A stretch of DNA of 64,000 nucleotides from Candidatus Dojkabacteria bacterium (GCA_026415655.1 JAOAGR010000008.1:551-64550), one strand, 5' to 3'; counted from the stretch's first letter, positions 18,009 through 29,181 are shown. Notes: generated by a model from the sequence alone, not told the origin. Made by a program: numbers and translations.

Positions 18009-18965
18009 TTACTGTAATAATAACATCATCGAAGAGATAGATAATAATGATCCATTAATAAAGTCAGACGAATGTAAAACTTTTTTCCCTGGTATTTGTA
18101 ATTCAATTATTTCAAGATAACCGTCAGATAATTTCAAATATATTTTCTTTTTCTTTTTATCCACAATAAAAAATGATTCTTCTGTTACACTCGAAAAATT
18201 AGCATTAGAATAATTAGACCGCAAAATATTTATAAAATTATTAGCATCTAGTTTTACAAAAGCTTTAGGTTCAGGGTTTGCTCCCATTATTTTTCCATGA
18301 GCAATCCTAACTGTATCAAATCTTGTTATTTCAAATTTAGATTTATGCATATCCGATACATAACAATAGGATATATTTACGTTTGACTGTTTATAAAATT
18401 TCCATTTTTCAGGTTTGAAAATGACATTAAATTCTCTGTCTAAAATATCTGCTGCGTTTTTAGCTAAAATTTCCATTAAATCACCCGCCGTATAACTAGG
18501 TAAAATATTTATTACATCATAATGAAGATCCATCACATCACCATCATCCAATCTTGGTGTCATTTTAATTATATTGATTCCGGTAAATTCATCCTGATTT
18601 ATAACCGCCATTTGTATTGGACATGCACCTCGATATTTGGGCAAAAACGAACCATGAATGTTCAAAAATCCATGTTTGGGCTTTCTTAATTGGGATTTTT
18701 TTATTATAGCACCATAAGAAGCAACCAAAGCAAAATCTAATTCCTTAAGTAATTCGTTAATTATGCTCTTTTGTTGAGAAGTATAAATATTCAATTGATT
18801 ATTTTGACAGTATCTTAATATTGGATTTTTATCAAGTTTTGATCTCGATTTTTCTATTGTTACAACAAAACGTAAATTTATCAAATTACTTTTATGCAAA
18901 TCATGCAATTTTTCTAAGATAGGAAGACTAAAATCAGATGAACCGAAAAAAGCTATATTTACCAT
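18009..18965 (-). CDS. fmt: Methionyl-tRNA formyltransferase
   Basis: IAFFGSSDFSLPILEKL at the N-terminus. FLNIHGSFLPKYRGACPIQMAVINQDEFTGINIIKM matches the formyltransferase SLLP..RG..P motif. Confidence 0.85.
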   Translation of the reverse strand: MVNIAFFGSSDFSLPILEKLHDLHKSNLINLRFVVTIEKSRSKLDKNPILRYCQNNQLNIYTSQQKSIINELLKELDFALVASYGAIIKKSQLRKPKHGFLNIHGSFLPKYRGACPIQMAVINQDEFTGINIIKMTPRLDDGDVMDLHYDVINILPSYTAGDLMEILAKNAADILDREFNVIFKPEKWKFYKQSNVNISYCYVSDMHKSKFEITRFDTVRIAHGKIMGANPEPKAFVKLDANNFINILRSNYSNANFSSVTEESFFIVDKKKKKIYLKLSDGYLEIIELQIPGKKVLHSSDFINGSLLSISSMMLLLQ

Positions 18966-19035
18966 AATACTAATTATACCTTAAAAATCTAACAGAATTG
19001 AGCTAAATCATTTTGAGAACTATCCTCTAATCAGA

Positions 19036-19797
19036 TTAATTTTCATTATTTTGTCTGAAATTAATCAAATTCCAAAACGAACGATATAAAGACAATTTAT
19101 TTTCAAAATCATATATATTCTTTGCATACAATATAGCACTAAAACACATTTTATTCGTCCTTGGTAAGTCTATACTATCTTTTCCATCAAAATAAACATC
19201 TTCAAGTTTCCAGTCGTACGATCTACCATATTTTCTAAATTTAGAGACATAGAAATATAAATACCTTCCACATGATTTTGAATAAAAACCGCGTTCAATT
19301 ACTTCGAAGTGACAGAATACAGTTCCAACCAGTTTTTTTGAACCACAAATACTAATCTTTTTGTCATCATAAGGATCCAAATTTATCTGCTGTTTGTCCA
19401 AAAATGATGGTATATCATCTAAAATCTGTTTGAGTTTATACAGTTGTTTCTGCGTGGGCTGAGTATGCTCTAGATCACCCTCTATCAATATTGCAATGGA
19501 CTTTTTATCAACATAAAAATTTCCTGAATGAAACTGCGCATGATCTAAATAACGACAAATATATATTTTGTCTGAATCATCCATCGGTATATAAAAATGA
19601 CATGCAAATCCACTATTTTGCATATCAAAAATATGTGTATAATTTAGATCTCGTAAACGAGATTTAACATCTGTATTTTGATAATCATTCGTCCCTGTAT
19701 GATGTATCACTATCAACTCGGGTATTTGATTCTGAAAACCTTTATCAAAAGAAGGAAGAGCATTGATAACAACATCATAAACAAATCTATTTCCCAT
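19036..19797 (-). CDS. N-acetylmuramoyl-L-alanine amidase family 2 (PGRP/AmpD-like) domain protein
   Basis: IVIHHTGTND (zinc His) and AQFHSGN...SIAILIEGD resemble the Amidase_2 H..., AxHAG...SIGIEL pattern. The assignment is tentative. Confidence 0.45.
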   Translation of the reverse strand: MGNRFVYDVVINALPSFDKGFQNQIPELIVIHHTGTNDYQNTDVKSRLRDLNYTHIFDMQNSGFACHFYIPMDDSDKIYICRYLDHAQFHSGNFYVDKKSIAILIEGDLEHTQPTQKQLYKLKQILDDIPSFLDKQQINLDPYDDKKISICGSKKLVGTVFCHFEVIERGFYSKSCGRYLYFYVSKFRKYGRSYDWKLEDVYFDGKDSIDLPRTNKMCFSAILYAKNIYDFENKLSLYRSFWNLINFRQNNEN

Positions 19798-19901
19798 TCT
19801 ATTTGAAATTATATAATGAGAATAAACAATTTACCAAAGGGGATCAAAAAAGATGTAATGACCTATTTCCAAAATTGAGATAAATCTGATATTATTAGCG
19901 C

Positions 19902-20228
19902 ATGGCAAATCTAGCTATCATAAAACTAGCGGGATCGCAACATCTTGTGTATCCGGGCGATATTCTAAAAGTCAACAAATTAGAGATAGATGAAGGTACA
20001 GAATTTCAACCAGAAATTATATTGTCTACCGATAACGGTAATATATCTCTCAATTCTGGTAATGTTGTTGCACAAGTGATAAAACATACAAAAGATAAAA
20101 AAATGTATATAGTAAAATTTAGAGCGAAATCACGATATCGAAGAAAGAAAGGACACAGACAACATGTGAGTATTGTGAAAATTTTGTCAATAAATAATGA
20201 AACTTCTGAAAATAATCAACAAAAATAA
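19902..20228 (+). CDS. rplU: 50S ribosomal protein L21
   Basis: MANLAIIKLAGSQHLVYPGDILKV...RRKKGHRQH is a typical L21. Confidence 0.9.
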   Translation: MANLAIIKLAGSQHLVYPGDILKVNKLEIDEGTEFQPEIILSTDNGNISLNSGNVVAQVIKHTKDKKMYIVKFRAKSRYRRKKGHRQHVSIVKILSINNETSENNQQK

Positions 20229-20261
20229 AGCAAAAATTAATTTTATTAATTAAAAACAGCT

Positions 20262-20528
20262 ATGGCACATAAAGTTTCAGCAGCATCATCAGCACGACAA
20301 AAGGGTAATGTAATAGGTAAAAGAAGGGGAGTGAAAGTATCAGAGGGTGAATTTGTTAATGCAGGCTCAATATTAGTCAGACAACTCGGTACAAAATACT
20401 TACCCGGAGTAGGAACAGCATTAGGTAGAGATTTTACAATATTTGCAATGGTCTCAGGAAAAGTCCATTTTACGAAAGGTACTAAAAAAAAGAGAGGTAG
20501 AACTGTTGTAAATGTAATATCACAATAG
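20262..20528 (+). CDS. rpmA: 50S ribosomal protein L27
   Basis: MAHK...GKRRGVK...AGSILVRQLGTK...GRDFTIFA is the L27 signature. Confidence 0.9.
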   Translation: MAHKVSAASSARQKGNVIGKRRGVKVSEGEFVNAGSILVRQLGTKYLPGVGTALGRDFTIFAMVSGKVHFTKGTKKKRGRTVVNVISQ

Positions 20529-20768
20529 AAACTATATCGTTTTTGATTAGCATGTAATTTATTGCTAATACTCTTCATCGTAAATCAAAATTTTGTTTTT
20601 ATCAATCGTTTTAAATATACTAAATAATAAATTTGGTTATTTTTTATATACATAAGGGAAAATTACCTCATGATATAAAAATTAATTCAGGAAGAACGGA
20701 ATAAGAAACTACAATCATCTTCGTACTTAAAATAAAAAGTACATAAATTAATAAGAACATTCTTATTT

Positions 20769-22202
20769 TTAAATTGATTGTTGATCTATTTTTTGCTTGA
20801 CGATATCTAATAATATTTCTCTCTGATTTTTACTAGGATCTTCAACCACAATTTCGTAAAGATAACCTAACATTTCACCAATAGACTTACCTTTGAGTCC
20901 AAGTTCTTTTAGATCATCACCATTAACTTTTAAATCTTTTAATTTAAACAAAGCATCTTGTTCTTTCAATTCCGCCACACGTTTAGATAAACGTATGACA
21001 TCCTCTGGATTAAAACTTCTATGTGGATTAGCCAATGCATCGGATATTCGAAGTTTTATAAGATCATCAAAATTTTCATATCCACCAACCTTATTAACAA
21101 AACGACGAATAGCAGCATCAGACCAACCACGCATAAATGATTCATTCCGTTTTGTTTTTTCATCTTTTACATCTCCATCCGTAGGTATATAAAACATATG
21201 CCAACGCACCAAATTAGTAATTTTTTCTATTTGATTTTTAGGAAATTTCAATCGGGTAAGTATAGATTTCGTCATCTCAGCGCCAACTTTATCATGACCA
21301 TAAAAATGTTCACCATCTTTTGTTCTAGGTTTTCCAATATCATGAAAAAGCGCCGCAAACCTTATCTCTATCGGAGCAATATCTAAAGTACGCAAGTAAT
21401 GATCATATATATTATCTACATGATATCTATTATGTTTCATTCCATATCCTTCTAAAAGCTCTGGTATGAAAATCTGTAAAATACCTGTCTCACGTAACAA
21501 TTCAATTCCATAAGATGGTTTAGGACTTTCCTCAATAAGTTTTATGAATTCATCTCGAACCCTCTCGATACTTAAATTTTTTACTAATTCCACATTTCTA
21601 AGTATTGATTCAAACGTATTTTTCTCTATCTTAAAAGACAGACACGAGGCAAGCCTACAAGCTCTAAGCATCCTCAATGCATCCTCCTGAAACCTTTCAT
21701 CTGGATTTCCTACAGCTTTAATAAGTTTATTTTTTAAATCATTTTCTCCATCAAATAAATCAATAAGATAGTCAAAAAATAACTCTTGTGTTAATGCATC
21801 ATATTGAGAGATATCAATAAGTCTTATAGCAAAAGCATTAATTGTGAAATCTCTTCTTTTCAAATCCTCATCTAAACTCCTTGTAAACTCCACATGTGAT
21901 GGCCATCTGCTAGCGATATATTCTTTTTCTGATCTAAATGTTGTTATCTGGACCTCATCTAATCCATCATTTGGATCCAATAAAACAGTAACTGTACCAA
22001 ATTTGATTCCTGTCGGTACTGAAGTAGGAAATATATTCATAACTTCTTCAGGTGTCGCAGATGTGGTTATGTCATAATCTTTTGGCTCCTTACCAAGCAA
22101 AATATCACGTACCGAACCTCCGACCAAATAAGCCTCAAAATCATTTTTTTCTAATCTTTCTGCAACATGAAATATTGATTTTGGTAAATTTATTAACTTC
22201 AT
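20769..22202 (-). CDS. cca: CCA-adding tRNA nucleotidyltransferase with a C-terminal HD domain
   Basis: LVGGSVRDILLGKEPKDYDITT is the polymerase-beta NTase head of CCA enzymes. An HD domain follows (ALFHDIGK...GHD). Confidence 0.85.
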   Translation of the reverse strand: MKLINLPKSIFHVAERLEKNDFEAYLVGGSVRDILLGKEPKDYDITTSATPEEVMNIFPTSVPTGIKFGTVTVLLDPNDGLDEVQITTFRSEKEYIASRWPSHVEFTRSLDEDLKRRDFTINAFAIRLIDISQYDALTQELFFDYLIDLFDGENDLKNKLIKAVGNPDERFQEDALRMLRACRLASCLSFKIEKNTFESILRNVELVKNLSIERVRDEFIKLIEESPKPSYGIELLRETGILQIFIPELLEGYGMKHNRYHVDNIYDHYLRTLDIAPIEIRFAALFHDIGKPRTKDGEHFYGHDKVGAEMTKSILTRLKFPKNQIEKITNLVRWHMFYIPTDGDVKDEKTKRNESFMRGWSDAAIRRFVNKVGGYENFDDLIKLRISDALANPHRSFNPEDVIRLSKRVAELKEQDALFKLKDLKVNGDDLKELGLKGKSIGEMLGYLYEIVVEDPSKNQREILLDIVKQKIDQQSI

Positions 22203-23209
22203 TATAAGTATCTTAAAATATTATAAGAATCAATATATCTTTGTCTAGAATTAAGTAAGATGACAATATATGTTTTTTTATTATAAGATTGATATAGAAG
22301 AAACAGATTCTCTCCAGCCATAGGGGTGGTACCTGTCTTTCCGCCAATCACGCCAGAATAATTATTTGTCAAAAGATTATTTGTATTATACAGATCATAT
22401 TTAACACCACTTGTATCATCTATAATAAATGAATATCTTATCCCTATAACATCACGAATAACCGGATCTCTCAAACATAATTTTACTATTTTTAACAAAT
22501 CAGAGGCACTGGAATAATGATTTCCACCATCATCATAGCCAGCAGGATTGGTAAAATTTGTTTGCTTTAGTTTTAGTAAATTTTTATATTTTTCGAATTG
22601 TTCAATAAAATTCAATTTATCAAAAAACGCAAAAGCCACTTGATTATTGCTAGAAATCAATAACGCCTTGATACCATCGTAAGTGGAAATCAAACTGCCT
22701 TCGGAAAAATTAAGAGCACTACCAGAATAATATGTGTGTTCTTTTTTTATCTCGACAAAGTCATCTAACTCATAGTTATCTACTATCATTTTTGCTGTAA
22801 GTAATTTAGTTAAACTAGCAACATAAGTTGGAACATCCGGATTTTTAGAAAAGATTATAGAATCAAGATCATAATCGTACACAATAACAGATTTTGCATC
22901 GATATTAGGGATAAATATCTCATTTATATTTTCTCTTCTTTGATAAGTATAAACGTATTCATAACTTTTTACATGAACTCTTTGTAAAAATTTATTTACC
23001 TTTTCCTTATTAGATTGAAAAGAGTAATTATTAATTAATACAAAACTAAATACAAAAATAACAATATACACGATTAAAAATAACAATATGGATTTTTTGA
23101 AAAGTAATAGATAAGAAAAATTTTGATCATTTTCCAGAAGAGAATTATTTATAGAGTTTTTATCTATTTTTTGTACATCAAATAAAGTTTTATCATTAAT
23201 ATTATGCAT
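22202..23209 (-). CDS. D-alanyl-D-alanine carboxypeptidase (S11 / PBP5-like)
   Basis: Signal-anchor. SxxK active site ASLTKLL, an SGS/SxN element, and KTGTT. Confidence 0.7.
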   Translation of the reverse strand: MHNINDKTLFDVQKIDKNSINNSLLENDQNFSYLLLFKKSILLFLIVYIVIFVFSFVLINNYSFQSNKEKVNKFLQRVHVKSYEYVYTYQRRENINEIFIPNIDAKSVIVYDYDLDSIIFSKNPDVPTYVASLTKLLTAKMIVDNYELDDFVEIKKEHTYYSGSALNFSEGSLISTYDGIKALLISSNNQVAFAFFDKLNFIEQFEKYKNLLKLKQTNFTNPAGYDDGGNHYSSASDLLKIVKLCLRDPVIRDVIGIRYSFIIDDTSGVKYDLYNTNNLLTNNYSGVIGGKTGTTPMAGENLFLLYQSYNKKTYIVILLNSRQRYIDSYNILRYL

Positions 23210-23251
23210 CCAGATTTGTTATAATTTAGATTGTTAATTTTACAAAATTTT

Positions 23252-24235
23252 ATGAAAATAAGTGTAACAGGAATAAAGCCAACAGGTAATTTGCATCTGG
23301 GGCACTACTCAGGTGTAATCTCTCAAATACGCGATCTATCAAGAGAAACTAAGCTATTTGCATTTGTAGCCGATTTGCATGCAATGACAGTACCTTGGGA
23401 GCCTCAGTCACTAAAGTCCAACAGAGAAGAGATAGTCAAAATGATATTGGCAAGTGATATTAATCTAGACAATACAATATTATTTTTGCAATCAGATAAT
23501 CCTGATCATACTTATCTTTCTTGGATTTTTGAAGGTATTACGGCATTTGGAAGATTAAAAACAATGATTGAATTTAAGGAGTTATCTCAAAGATACAAAG
23601 GATTTTCTGTAGGAATTTTTACATATCCGGTACTCATGGCAGCTGACATTTTACTTTACAATGCTGATTATGTTCCTGTAGGAGAAGATCAAAGACAACA
23701 TGTAGAACTTACAGCAGATATCGCAAGAAAATTTAATCAGCTATTTGGTGAAACATTTACTATACCTCAGGCAATAATTAGGACTTATGGAAGACGAATA
23801 AAGTCCCTGCAAGATCCAACACGCAAAATGAGTAAAAGTATTAAAGACCCCTTAGGTACGATCAATCTTTCTGATGATCCAGATGAAGGTGCTAGAAAAA
23901 TACTCAAAGCAGTCACAGATTCTGAAAACGAAATAAGATATGATGAAGAAAAAAAACCCGGCATATCAAACTTAATCGAGATTTATTCTATTTTAACCAA
24001 TATAGAAATAGATGAGATAGTTAATAAATATAATGGTAGTTCATATAAAGCATTAAAAGAAGACTTAGCATCTATAGTAAAAGACTTTCTGTCAAAATTA
24101 CAGACAAACTACAAGAGAATAGAATCTGACATGCCATACCTTAGAAAGATAATTAAGGAGGGAGCAAATAAAGCAATGGAATACTCATCTCCTGTCATAA
24201 AAGATGTGAAAAGAAAAGTAGGATTATATATTTAA
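23252..24235 (+). CDS. trpS: Tryptophanyl-tRNA synthetase
   Basis: GIKPTGNLHLGHYSG (HIGH-type) and KMSKS. I chose the ATG at 23252 over the TTG at 23231 given in the ORF track. Confidence 0.9.
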   Translation: MKISVTGIKPTGNLHLGHYSGVISQIRDLSRETKLFAFVADLHAMTVPWEPQSLKSNREEIVKMILASDINLDNTILFLQSDNPDHTYLSWIFEGITAFGRLKTMIEFKELSQRYKGFSVGIFTYPVLMAADILLYNADYVPVGEDQRQHVELTADIARKFNQLFGETFTIPQAIIRTYGRRIKSLQDPTRKMSKSIKDPLGTINLSDDPDEGARKILKAVTDSENEIRYDEEKKPGISNLIEIYSILTNIEIDEIVNKYNGSSYKALKEDLASIVKDFLSKLQTNYKRIESDMPYLRKIIKEGANKAMEYSSPVIKDVKRKVGLYI

Positions 24236-24237
24236 TC

Positions 24238-25437
24238 GTGTTCAAACTACTTTATAAAGAAGGAAACAAAAGATTAGGAATTTTAAAGACTAAATCTGGA
24301 TTCATTATTACCCCTGCATTTGGTCCTGACGCCACAAGAGGAAATATCAAATTCTTGTCTTACATTGAATTCTCTGAATTGTCAGAAACTACGTCATTAA
24401 AACTCCAAACCAATGTGGTGTCAGAAAATTCATCGATAGACTTGGCAAAAGATCTTTTTTTAAATGATGAAATCCAATTTATATTGACAAACACATATCA
24501 CATGACATCTTATCCCGGTGCTGAATTTATACAAGAAATGGGGGGAATACATAAGTTTATGAAATGGAATCGACCGATTCTGACAGACAGTGGTGGATTT
24601 CAAGTTTTTAGTCTTATACATGCATCACAAAAGCTAAAAGGCAAAGTAACAGATGACGGTGCTTTTTTTACAGATCCAACATCAGGAACAAAGGTAACAC
24701 TAACTCCTGAAAGTGCAATAGAGATCCAATTTAAACTGGACTCTGATATAATGGTCGTTCTAGATGACTGCAGACATTACCAGGATCATAAAGAATTAAA
24801 AAAATCAGTTTATAGAACAATAGAATGGGCAAAAAGATGTAAAAAAAGATTTGACGAATTAGTCAGTCAAAACATACAAAACAATCCTTCTTACAAAAGA
24901 CCATTACTTTTTGCTGTGATCCAAGGAGGAACAAATTATGAACTGAGAAAATATTGTGTGGAAAAATTATTGGAAATAGACTTTGATGGATATGGTTTTG
25001 GTGGCTGGGCTATAAATGAAAAGGAATATTTCCCATATGATTTACTCGAATATGTAGCCAAACTACTCCCAGAAAACAAACCACGTTATGCGATGGGAGT
25101 GGGCTCACCAGAAAATATCATAAAGTGTATTGAATATGGTTATGACTTATTTGATTGTGTAATCCCATCTAGAAATGGACGACATGGACTTGCATACACG
25201 ACACAAGGTCAAATCAAGATTAATCAGTCTAAATATAAAAGAGATAAATCTCCACTAGATCCAAACCTTAAATCTCAGATAAATCAGATCCCAAGATACT
25301 ACATTCACCATTTATTTAAAACAAATGACCCTGCTGGAGGAAGGATTTTAACCATACAAAATCTTAAGTACTATAATTATCTTATTAGAACTCAATTCAC
25401 GAACTTATCTTCTTTAGACGAGCAAACTTTTGAATAA
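24238..25437 (+). CDS. tgt: Queuine tRNA-ribosyltransferase family protein
   Basis: Catalytic TDSGGFQVFSL and LFDCVIPSRNGRHG motifs, and a C-terminal YIHHLF. The canonical CxCxxC zinc cysteines are not present. GTG start. Confidence 0.75.
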   Translation: MFKLLYKEGNKRLGILKTKSGFIITPAFGPDATRGNIKFLSYIEFSELSETTSLKLQTNVVSENSSIDLAKDLFLNDEIQFILTNTYHMTSYPGAEFIQEMGGIHKFMKWNRPILTDSGGFQVFSLIHASQKLKGKVTDDGAFFTDPTSGTKVTLTPESAIEIQFKLDSDIMVVLDDCRHYQDHKELKKSVYRTIEWAKRCKKRFDELVSQNIQNNPSYKRPLLFAVIQGGTNYELRKYCVEKLLEIDFDGYGFGGWAINEKEYFPYDLLEYVAKLLPENKPRYAMGVGSPENIIKCIEYGYDLFDCVIPSRNGRHGLAYTTQGQIKINQSKYKRDKSPLDPNLKSQINQIPRYYIHHLFKTNDPAGGRILTIQNLKYYNYLIRTQFTNLSSLDEQTFE

Positions 25438-27712
25438 GCTTCTTTTTTCCTGATATATCAAAATCAATAACAATCATATCCTCATAGAGGTCATCAACTT
25501 TTCCATAGCCAAAAACTTTATGAAATACCCTATCACCAATATCAATATAGTCATCAGTACCTATAGCCTCTATTTCCTCAGTAAAATTATTGATTGAAAT
25601 ATTATTCAAATAAAAAAAATTCGTTATTTTATTTAACAAATGTTCAGGGATATCCTCTAAAAATCTTGAAACTCTATTTGATTGAGTTGAATTGTAATAA
25701 TTTCTATTTAAAGCATATGTCATGTAAAGATTTTTTTTAGCTCGTGTTATCGCCACATAAGCCAATCTTCTTTCTTCCTCGATTTCTTTTAGATCAATAA
25801 GAGTGCGTGAATGGGGGAAAATACCTTCCTCCATACCAACAATAAATACTGTCTCAAACTCCAAACCTTTCGATGCATGGATAGTCATAAGCGTGACTAC
25901 ATTATCATTATTTTCTTTTCTTTCCTGTATATTTTCGAGCAAAGATACATCCTCTAAAAGCTTATGTAATGCTGTGTACGTATCTAAGTTGTCATATTTG
26001 GATGCGACATTGGCAAGTTCAGACAGATTTTCTATTCTTGATTCATAATCATGGAAACTATCTTTTAGAGCTTCCTTATAATTTATCAAATCTATCAAAT
26101 AATTTATAAAATCCGAAAGAGAATATAAAAATAAAGCCTTGTATAATCTATAAATCACTTCACCAAAATTAACAATTGATTTCGATTGTATTGTTTTATA
26201 GTTTTGATATTTTGATCTTAAGTTTTCAATAAACGTAATAAAATTTGGATGATCCGAATCAAGATTTATAATCTCATCTATCGCAAAATCTTCTTGCGTT
26301 TTAATATCATTTTGAATTCCACTTATTCCAAAAACATCATCTATGTCATCATAGGTCACGTTTTTGTATCTATCTAAAAAATAAGATATCAGTAAAGTAT
26401 CAACAGGGGAAATATTTTGTTCTTTTGAAAAATCCAAAATATCTGTTATTGTCTTTGGACCAATCCCACGAGTAGGGAAGTTTATGATACGATTTAAAGA
26501 TAATACATCCTTTTTATTAACTAATATTCTCAAGTAAGCAATTATGTCCTTAATTTCTTTCCTTTCATAAAATCTCTGTCCACCCACAATCTTATAAGGA
26601 AGCCTTGACTTTAAAAAACTCTCTTCTAGATATCGACTCTGTGAATTAGCTCTAAATAACACAGCCACATCTTTTAGGTTATTAACAAATTTATTTTTTA
26701 TCTCTCTGACAACAAAATTTGCTTCATCTTGTTCATTTTGAGCTTCATATACATTTATGAGCGGACCATTTTTATTTACTGACCAAAGAGATTTATCTCT
26801 TCTTGCCGTATTTTTTGATATCACATGATTAGCAGCATCTAGTATAATCTGTGTAGATCTATAATTTTGTTCTAGCTTTACAACTTTGGCCTCCGGAAAA
26901 TCTTTCTCAAAATTAAGAATATTAGTAATGTCAGCTCCACGCCAGGCATATATTGATTGATCATCATCACCAACCACAGTCAAATTTCTCTTTTGTGAAG
27001 ATAATAATTTTATAAGTTCATACTGTATTTTATTAGTATCCTGATATTCGTCTACTAAAATCAAATCAAATTTATCTATATATTTTTCTAAAACAGTCTG
27101 ATTAGACTTAAACAACAATACAACCTTCAATAAAAGATCATCAAAATCAACACCGTTTCTTTCTTCTAATAAATTTTGGTAAACAGAATAGATTTTTGCG
27201 ACCACTTCAGTGAAATAGTCATTTACAAAATTCGTATATTTCTCTGGTGTTAAAAAGTCATTTTTTGCTGAAGCAATAGCCCATTGTATGGCACCAGGAC
27301 TTACTTCTTTTGGATCTAAATTAGCTATTTTTAAAGCTTCTTTGATTAAATCTTTTTGATCATCCGTATCATAAATAGTAAAACTAGGCTCTATGCCTAT
27401 ATATTTTCCATCAATTCTCAAAATCTTCACACAAATACTATGAAATGTCCCTAAAAAAGGAAAGTCAACGTCTTTCTTTACAATCTTTCTAATTCTATCC
27501 TTCATTTCAGTGGCTGCTTTGTTTGTAAATGTAACACCAAGAATCCTATTCGAACTCATTCCATTAGCATAAAAAAATCCCATACGATGAGTTAGCACTT
27601 TTGTCTTACCAGATCCAGCACCAGCTAATATGAGTAATGGCGAATTCTCATGGAGTACTGCCTGAGTTTGCGCCTCGTTTAGATCTTTGAGTAAATCATC
27701 ATGTACAGCCAC
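25397..27712 (-). CDS. uvrD: ATP-dependent DNA helicase, UvrD/PcrA family
   Basis: Walker A AGAGSGKTKVLTHR, DEYQDTN (motif II), and VGDDDQSIYAWRGA. Confidence 0.9.
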   Translation of the reverse strand: MAVHDDLLKDLNEAQTQAVLHENSPLLILAGAGSGKTKVLTHRMGFFYANGMSSNRILGVTFTNKAATEMKDRIRKIVKKDVDFPFLGTFHSICVKILRIDGKYIGIEPSFTIYDTDDQKDLIKEALKIANLDPKEVSPGAIQWAIASAKNDFLTPEKYTNFVNDYFTEVVAKIYSVYQNLLEERNGVDFDDLLLKVVLLFKSNQTVLEKYIDKFDLILVDEYQDTNKIQYELIKLLSSQKRNLTVVGDDDQSIYAWRGADITNILNFEKDFPEAKVVKLEQNYRSTQIILDAANHVISKNTARRDKSLWSVNKNGPLINVYEAQNEQDEANFVVREIKNKFVNNLKDVAVLFRANSQSRYLEESFLKSRLPYKIVGGQRFYERKEIKDIIAYLRILVNKKDVLSLNRIINFPTRGIGPKTITDILDFSKEQNISPVDTLLISYFLDRYKNVTYDDIDDVFGISGIQNDIKTQEDFAIDEIINLDSDHPNFITFIENLRSKYQNYKTIQSKSIVNFGEVIYRLYKALFLYSLSDFINYLIDLINYKEALKDSFHDYESRIENLSELANVASKYDNLDTYTALHKLLEDVSLLENIQERKENNDNVVTLMTIHASKGLEFETVFIVGMEEGIFPHSRTLIDLKEIEEERRLAYVAITRAKKNLYMTYALNRNYYNSTQSNRVSRFLEDIPEHLLNKITNFFYLNNISINNFTEEIEAIGTDDYIDIGDRVFHKVFGYGKVDDLYEDMIVIDFDISGKKKLIQKFARLKKISS

Positions 27713-27829
27713 AGGTCAATTATAAAAAATTAAAGCACATTTACCATTAACTTATATAAGATTAATATGTTTATACACAATTATCTTTGCAAGAATTACA
27801 CTTATATTGATATTATCTTGTTAATACCG

Positions 27830-28897
27830 ATGGAAGAGATAAATATAAAATTAAATAGGATTTTAGAAAAAATAAATTTAAATCAATTAGAATCTGAGCT
27901 AAATGAAATGAACAACCAACTATCTGATAGTACAATCTGGAATAATCCCGAAAAGTCTAAGACACTTTTACAAAAACAATCTCAAATCAAAAAGCGAATA
28001 GAACAAATCAGATCAGTACAAAAAGAAATAGATACATTAAATACATTTTACGAAGAATACTCAACACTTGATATAGAACTACAAAAAGAATTAGATACAG
28101 AAAAAGAAAAAATAAAGCAAAAAGTTTATGAGTTAGAGATACAAATTTTCTTGAACGGTAAATATGATGAGGGTAACGCCATAGTTTCTATTCATGCTGG
28201 TCAGGGTGGTACTGAGGCTTGTGATTGGACTGAGATGCTATTTCGTATGTATAGTATGTATTGCAAAAAGAAAGGATGGGAGATAGAAGTCATAGACATG
28301 ATTCAAGGAAACGAAGCTGGAATCTCTAAAATTGTTTTTGAAGTCAAAGGATATTTAGCTTATGGATATCTTAAAAAAGAATCAGGAGTACATAGGTTAG
28401 TTCGTATCTCACCATTCAATGCCCAAGGACTTAGACAGACATCATTTGCTGGGGTAGAAGTACTACCGGTGATTGAGAATGATATTGATATAGAAATCAA
28501 ACCGGAAGACATAGTAATGACAACAGCACGCTCAGGTGGTGCAGGCGGCCAAAACGTAAATAAAGTTAACACAAAAGTTATTCTTTTACATCTACCAACT
28601 GGTATACAAGTTCAATGCTCTAGTGAACGATCACAGGTTCAAAATAAAGAGCAAGCAATGAAACTCCTAAAAGCAAAACTGTTTCAGATAGAACAGGAAA
28701 AGCTAGAAAGGGAAAAAGCGCAGTTAAAAGGAGAACACAAGATATTTGGATGGGGCAATCAAATACGTAACTATGTACTTCATCCATATAAACTAGTGAA
28801 AGATCTACGTACAAATGTAGAAACAGATCAAGCAGAGGATGTATTAAATGGTGAAATTGATATATTCATAAATGCTGAGATAACGCATTTAGATTAA
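27830..28897 (+). CDS. prfB: Peptide chain release factor 2
   Basis: SPF tripeptide (RISPFNAQG) and GGQ ([10 protein letters not shown]). Collinear with E. coli RF2 along its whole length without a frameshift. The start is set at MEEINIKL. Confidence 0.9.
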   Translation: MEEINIKLNRILEKINLNQLESELNEMNNQLSDSTIWNNPEKSKTLLQKQSQIKKRIEQIRSVQKEIDTLNTFYEEYSTLDIELQKELDTEKEKIKQKVYELEIQIFLNGKYDEGNAIVSIHAGQGGTEACDWTEMLFRMYSMYCKKKGWEIEVIDMIQGNEAGISKIVFEVKGYLAYGYLKKESGVHRLVRISPFNAQGLRQTSFAGVEVLPVIENDIDIEIKPEDIVMTTARSGGAGGQNVNKVNTKVILLHLPTGIQVQCSSERSQVQNKEQAMKLLKAKLFQIEQEKLEREKAQLKGEHKIFGWGNQIRNYVLHPYKLVKDLRTNVETDQAEDVLNGEIDIFINAEITHLD

Positions 28898-29181
28898 AAT
28901 TGATAACGAATTTAGAAAATATTCGAATACACAACTTCTATTAATAATTCACTTTTACCTATATAAAAAACGTCTCATATAATGTCACTTTAGATTATTT
29001 CCCAATTATTCAAAATTTGCAGTATTATAAATAAACTCTGTCCATATAAAAATAGATAAAATTTTTGAGATAATTTTCTTTCACGACAATGAAAACATGA
29101 TTTATTATAAAACTAGGAAATAATAGAAATTATATACGTAAAATCTAAGATAAAACTACACAATAGATCAGTATTCAAAAT

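Noticed and set aside
20744-20760. Small hairpin ATAAGAA-CAT-TTCTTAT just downstream of the cca stop, as a possible terminator
   Set aside because: The stem is only 7 bp and entirely A/T. The following T-tract is interrupted. It is indistinguishable from chance structure in 30% GC DNA.
23210-23251. T-box leader upstream of trpS (and similarly upstream of tyrS, 35305..35356)
   Set aside because: The intergenic spaces are only about 40-50 nt, far too short for the 200-300 nt T-box riboswitch. No specifier-loop or antiterminator structure is visible.
27767-27829. Possible programmed frameshift or upstream extension of prfB
   Set aside because: The upstream in-frame codons ([21 protein letters not shown]) do not align to RF2. 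The RF2 homology begins at MEEINIKL and continues in one frame. There is no CTT-TGA-C shift site.
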